Below are positions 59,464-64,000 of a stretch of 64,000 nt of DNA, in pieces (the stretch's first letter is position 1; each line of letters opens with the position of its first letter). A model generated the notes under the pieces. It searched no databases and was not told the DNA's origin. It saw only the letters and a program-made list of their open reading frames with translations. A program made the translations under genes and the position numbers. The DNA is from Lophium mytilinum (lineage: Eukaryota), in contig MU004199.1 in the NCBI GenBank assembly GCA_010093605.1, forward strand, positions 124,001-188,000, read 5' to 3'.

Positions 59464-60594
59464 AGAAGGTGCTTGTGCTGAGGTTTTGGGAGGGAGACTA
59501 TGGTGCGTACGCTACCAGTGTCTCCCTTCAATGAGCCTCGACATTTTGAAGAAGAAATGAGGTTTTTGAGTGCTTTTAGTTGGCTTCCGCACTCTTAGGA
59601 GTAGTGGGAAGCTGTGGGAAAGCCATTATAAGAGGGCAATGGGTTTTTTTGCAGGGAGTATATCGATTGTGGTACCTAGGCCTTCGTGGGATCATGGAGT
59701 GGCGAGGTCAGGTCTACAACACCATTTCACGACGCAAAGCGACATACGTCTATCAGAGCATCGCTTGCGTGCTTCGGATACAAAGCTCTGGTCAAATGTG
59801 GTGGTTTCTTTTTGGGGTACTGATGGTGAAACTTGGGATCAATGGCGTTTGCTCCCCTGCGGTTTGCGGCATCAGCGATCCACAATATCATGGGATTGTT
59901 AAACTGTGGAACCCCTCTACCCTGGTTCTGCATGGTAGTAGCAATGCCGTTCTGCAGCATTGGGGTTCCCTGTTTTCGGCGATTCACTTTTCCTTGGTTT
60001 TTTTCCTTTTTCTGCGACACACAATACCCACTTTACCCCAGCTAGCATAGTTATGATACCCGGCGCTTGGAGCTCCTCGAGTTTCAAGCTTAGCCGCCTG
60101 ATAAGTAATAAAACTAATTTCTTAGAAGATATGTCTTCATGGATGCTAGGAGTAGTGAAGTGATGAAGTGATGCAGTGACGGACTGGCAAAGCTCGGCCG
60201 TCAGTGCTCTGTATGAAGTCTTACTCGCCCCCGAAGACGTTTCCTGTGCGTGTGACGGCCCCGCCCTGCACCGAACTGCCCCCTCGCACACGGCTAGGAT
60301 GTCGCCTGCTGCCTGCGCTACGCCGTCCAGCCGTCTGCGCGTTTCTGCAGCTCTGCTTGGTTGGCTGCAGCCGTCCCCGCATTGACGGCTGTGCCAAGGC
60401 GCGTAGCGATGACGTTGGCCCAGCTGACTTCCTTATTTGTTTGGCGAGGGCGGTAGCTTCCTAGCTCCATCACTCCACTGACTCTCACCTCACCTCTTTC
60501 TCTGCACGCTCTTCTTCTTTTCCTCTTCAACTTCAGGGCGAGCACTCGACTACTACAGCTGTACTACATCCTCAGCAAGAAGCAGATAGCAATC

Positions 60595-61774
60595 ATGCCA
60601 AACACCAACGGCGTCGCGAGCAGCGCCCACCGCGGCATCCATGCCAGTACGTCTCCCCCGCCTTTGCCACAGCCTCACTTGCCCGTCCTTCACTCTCTGA
60701 AGCCACGAAGCTCTAGATCCTTTCAGCATGCTAACAATTTGCAGTCAACCCCTTCTCAGCCCGCGAGGACCATTCTCGCGAGGCAATCATCGCCCACAAG
60801 ATTGCCACGACTGTGTCTTGGCTGCTCCTGTTCATCACGAGCGTCTACTACACCTTCGAGCACCCCCATGAGGGCAAGTATCACCGCCATACCATCTGGG
60901 GCCAGAATCGCGCGCACCGGACTCCATTCACCATGAACTCCGTCATTGTCAGCATCTACTGGTACGTAGACATCCTACTCCCGGGCATACCACCGCCCAG
61001 CCTAGCCGCCCCCAAGATACTCCCTCAATTGGGGCAATTCAGCATTACCATTATCGAGGACTTCTGCTAACGGGCCAACCAGGATTGTTCTCTTCATCCT
61101 CCAGATCGGCTACAACTGGCACCTCTACGCCTCCAACACCGTCTACGTCAACGCGGCCGCCAATGTCGGATCTCACTTCGTCGCGAACAACTTGCTTCTA
61201 TTCGGTTTCATCCACCTCTGGACTCGCTCGCACTTCTGGCTCGCGGAGCTCCTCCTCATCTTGAACTTCATCAACCTGAGCGCCGCCTACTTCCGCCACA
61301 GCACGACGCCTCGCTTCATCCACATCCCCGTCGTCAGCGCCCCCCTGGCCTGGAACTTCGTAGCCTTGTACTGGGTGGGCGCCGTGATGGTGCACGCACA
61401 CACCCTGCCCGCCCGCATCGTCGCCAACATCTTCATCTGGGGCATCCTCGCCTACGGCGTCTTCTTCCTGGCCGCGTTCAAGGACTACACCATCGGCTTT
61501 GAGCTGTCGATCCTCGCAGCCGGTACGTACCCTCTCCCTCTCCTACAACAAAAGATGGTTCCAGTCACTAACACAAACTACAGCTATCGGCGTCGACCAG
61601 TTCCTCGGCCACATCATCGCCTTGCAGTGGATCTTCGCCTTCATCATCATGGCCCTCCTCTTCGTGCTCTCCCTCGCCGTCGGCGTGCCAGGCCTCCTCG
61701 GCCGCGACCCCTTCAAGCGCGGCGAGATCGTCGACGAGGACCGCGAGCGCGCTCCTCTCCTCGCGGACGAGTAG
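60595..61774 (+). CDS. Fungal DUF1774 multi-pass membrane protein, 4 exons
   Basis: NPFSAREDH, TIWGQN..TPFTMNSVIVSIYW, VGSHFVANNLL, FIHLWTRSHFWLAELLL, FKDYTIGF, ALQWIFAFIIM, ERAPLL. Confidence 0.8.
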
Positions 61775-62139
61775 GCACCTACCAACCGCTTTGTATGCAC
61801 CTCGTCGCTTCTTCCGCTTGTTGCACCATGTTCCGCAAATGGTAGCAATTCGCACAATCTGACCGAAAGAGAGCAGCGCGAGCGTTGCGAGCACCTGAGA
61901 ATCATGTTCCAGTAGGTATATGGTGGTAACGGGGGGATTTTGGTACAAAAAGGCCCAATGGCTCCTTTTCTTCGACTTGTTCCTTGTTCTGACATTTGCA
62001 TGGTTGCGCTTGCCCTTGGCGTGTGAGCTAAATGATACCACTATGCCAGGCGTTGGGGGGTTTTTAGGTAGTGTAGCACAGTGAAATGATATCTTGTGCT
62101 CACATTTGCTGGAGTTTGAAGATGTTTTGAGTGAGGGAT

Positions 62140-62400
62140 GGTACTGTCTGAAGTCCTCTGACAAGTTCCGAGGAATTGGGTGAAAGGTGAATCGGTGGTA
62201 TCTGTGTATGTAGGTTTACCACCGTCTGAAGTCCCTCGATGCATTTTTGAGAAACAGGACGACATGCGAACTGCCTACATCTATGTACATAGGGTCGCCA
62301 CTGCATGAGGTACTCCACCACGCCATGAAAAGCCTGCTAAGAAAATGCTGAACGGCATGTGTGTACACCGCTTCGCCACTGCCTGAAGTGCTCCACCATG
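62140..62400 (+). repeat. Degenerate 78-79 bp period array of the CAC(C/T)G(T/C)CTGAAG motif
   Basis: TACTGTCTGAAG at 62142, CACCGTCTGAAG at 62220, CACTGCATGAGG at 62299, CACTGCCTGAAG at 62377. Confidence 0.6.
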
Positions 62401-62515
62401 CCTCCAAAAATCTGAGGAAAAAGGATCTCAGCGGTACATGTGTACCTCGCTCACCACCGCACGAAGTCCTTCAACCCCCCTTCCAAAAAGCAGCCAAAAC
62501 AAATCCCCTTCTCCA

Positions 62516-64000
62516 CTAAAGCAACAACAAATCCCCACCCCCATCCCCCCCCATCTGACCCATCCCACCCATGCCACCCATCCCGTTCGCTCCCCCAGGA
62601 CTCTGCACAATCCCCTGCGGCGCATTCTGCGTCACGACATACATACTCGCGCTATTCCCCGCAATCGGAGAACCCCCAAACGCGCTCTCGCGCATCTGCC
62701 CCGCGTTCAGATTCGCGAAATACATATCCGCCTCACTAACCGCGGCAGCGAGATTCCCGTTCTGCGGCACGCTGGCCCCATTCCCATTCCCATTCCCATT
62801 GCCGTTCCCGTTGCCGTTGATACTCGACAACGCCGCCGTATCCACAACCGGCCTCTCAGCGGCCGCTTTCTCGCGCGCCGCCTTGGCCGCGCGCACGGTG
62901 GGGAGCGTGTGGCGCTGCAGCGCGGGGCTCTCGACGAGCTTGCGGGGGCGGGCGGAGCGGAAGACCTGGTTGACGGGCTTCAGGTAGACGGTGGCGAGGG
63001 TGCCGACGCTGAGGCACATTTCCTCGAGGGTGGCGGGGTCGAGCTTCTCGCTCTCCTCGGCCGTGATGGCGGGCTTGTCGCCCATGACGACGCGCTTGGC
63101 GATTTCCGGGGACGAGGAGAGCAGCCGCCAGTACATGTAGCCGCGGTCGCGGAGGTCCGGGTTGTCGGTTTCCTCGGTGGCCCATTTCAGCACTTTGGGG
63201 ACGAGCTCTTGGCCCTTTGTGGGGCGTTGGATGAAGAGTTTTACGGTCGCGGTGAGGAGGGCGAGTTGCACTTCGTGGGGCTCGTCGGCGAAGCTGTAGA
63301 GGAAGTCGTCGAGGAGTACGTCGGAGTTGTCGATGCGGTCGGCGTATTGGCCGATGACCCAGATCATGGCGGCTTTGGCTTCGGGCTCGTCGAGTGAGTC
63401 GAGGTTTTCGCAGAGCGTGCTGATGATGGACTCGTATTGGTTGGGGTACTTGCGGAAGATGTTGCGGATCACTACGGTGGCTTCTTGCACGATGTAGGAG
63501 ACTTTGGTGGCGACGAGCTCGAGCAACGTGTTAATGCAGAGGCGGGCGGCGGGCTCGATTTTGATGGCGAGTTTGCCGATGGCGCGCACGGATTTGCGGA
63601 CGAAGTCGACGTCGATTTCCGTGGCGTATCTGGAGATGGGTTAGACGTGATGGATAAAGGGGGCTAAAAACAACGTACTCTCGTAATTCTGTTAATACTT
63701 CTTTGATGTTACGTTCCGTGGCAAGCATGAAGATGAGTTCCAGCTTCGTCACCTTGACGTAAATCGGGTCGTTGTATTTGCAGAAGAAAACGCGGATGTC
63801 GTTTCGTAGCACCTCCGGCCTCCGTTGTAAAATGAGAAGAGCGTTTCGGAGGGCGAGGTATTGGATTTCGGGTCCTTTTGATAGAAGTGTGACGAGCGGT
63901 GGGGAGAGCTTATTACACAAAGATGCTATTACTTTCTGGTCGGATATGTAGTTCATGAGGTAGAGGATAACGCGAATGCAGGTTAGTACGACAGCGGAAT
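62516..64000 (-). CDS. APL1: Adaptor complex beta-adaptin (most like fungal AP-2 beta), 5'-truncated by window edge
   Basis: [79 protein letters not shown]; short C-terminus without appendage domain. Confidence 0.88.

Noticed and set aside
62776..62820. (GN)n repeat in the adaptin C-terminus
   Set aside because: Ordinary coding microsatellite in a disordered tail.

Overview
Intron-containing DNA from a filamentous ascomycete (Pezizomycotina; GT-AG introns with CTAAC branch sites). Housekeeping and metabolic genes: partial MFS efflux pump, FKBP12, HIS2, two SDRs, an aldo-keto reductase, two GNATs, DDI1, RRP8, a sugar porter, a secreted lactonase, queuine tRNA-ribosyltransferase, HOS3, a DUF1774 protein and a partial AP-2 beta-adaptin. 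Accessory material lies between them. (1) Three tandem paralogous 6-Cys small secreted proteins with an (L/I)xxR pro-domain (21.2-24.9 kb). (2) A co-oriented island of RING-BTB, degenerate RING-BTB, F-box and nonsense-interrupted HET genes (34.4-46.2 kb). (3) A dispersed non-coding repeat family with core CACCGTCTG/CACTGTCAG at five loci, each just 3' of a + strand gene; four are regularly spaced arrays with about 98, 150, 152 and 78 bp periods. (4) A tRNA-like Pol III gene with a non-canonical anticodon loop and a structured 72-nt insert. (5) Decayed or RIP-like gene relics. All exon structures were assembled by eye; family calls come from recalled motifs, not database searches.
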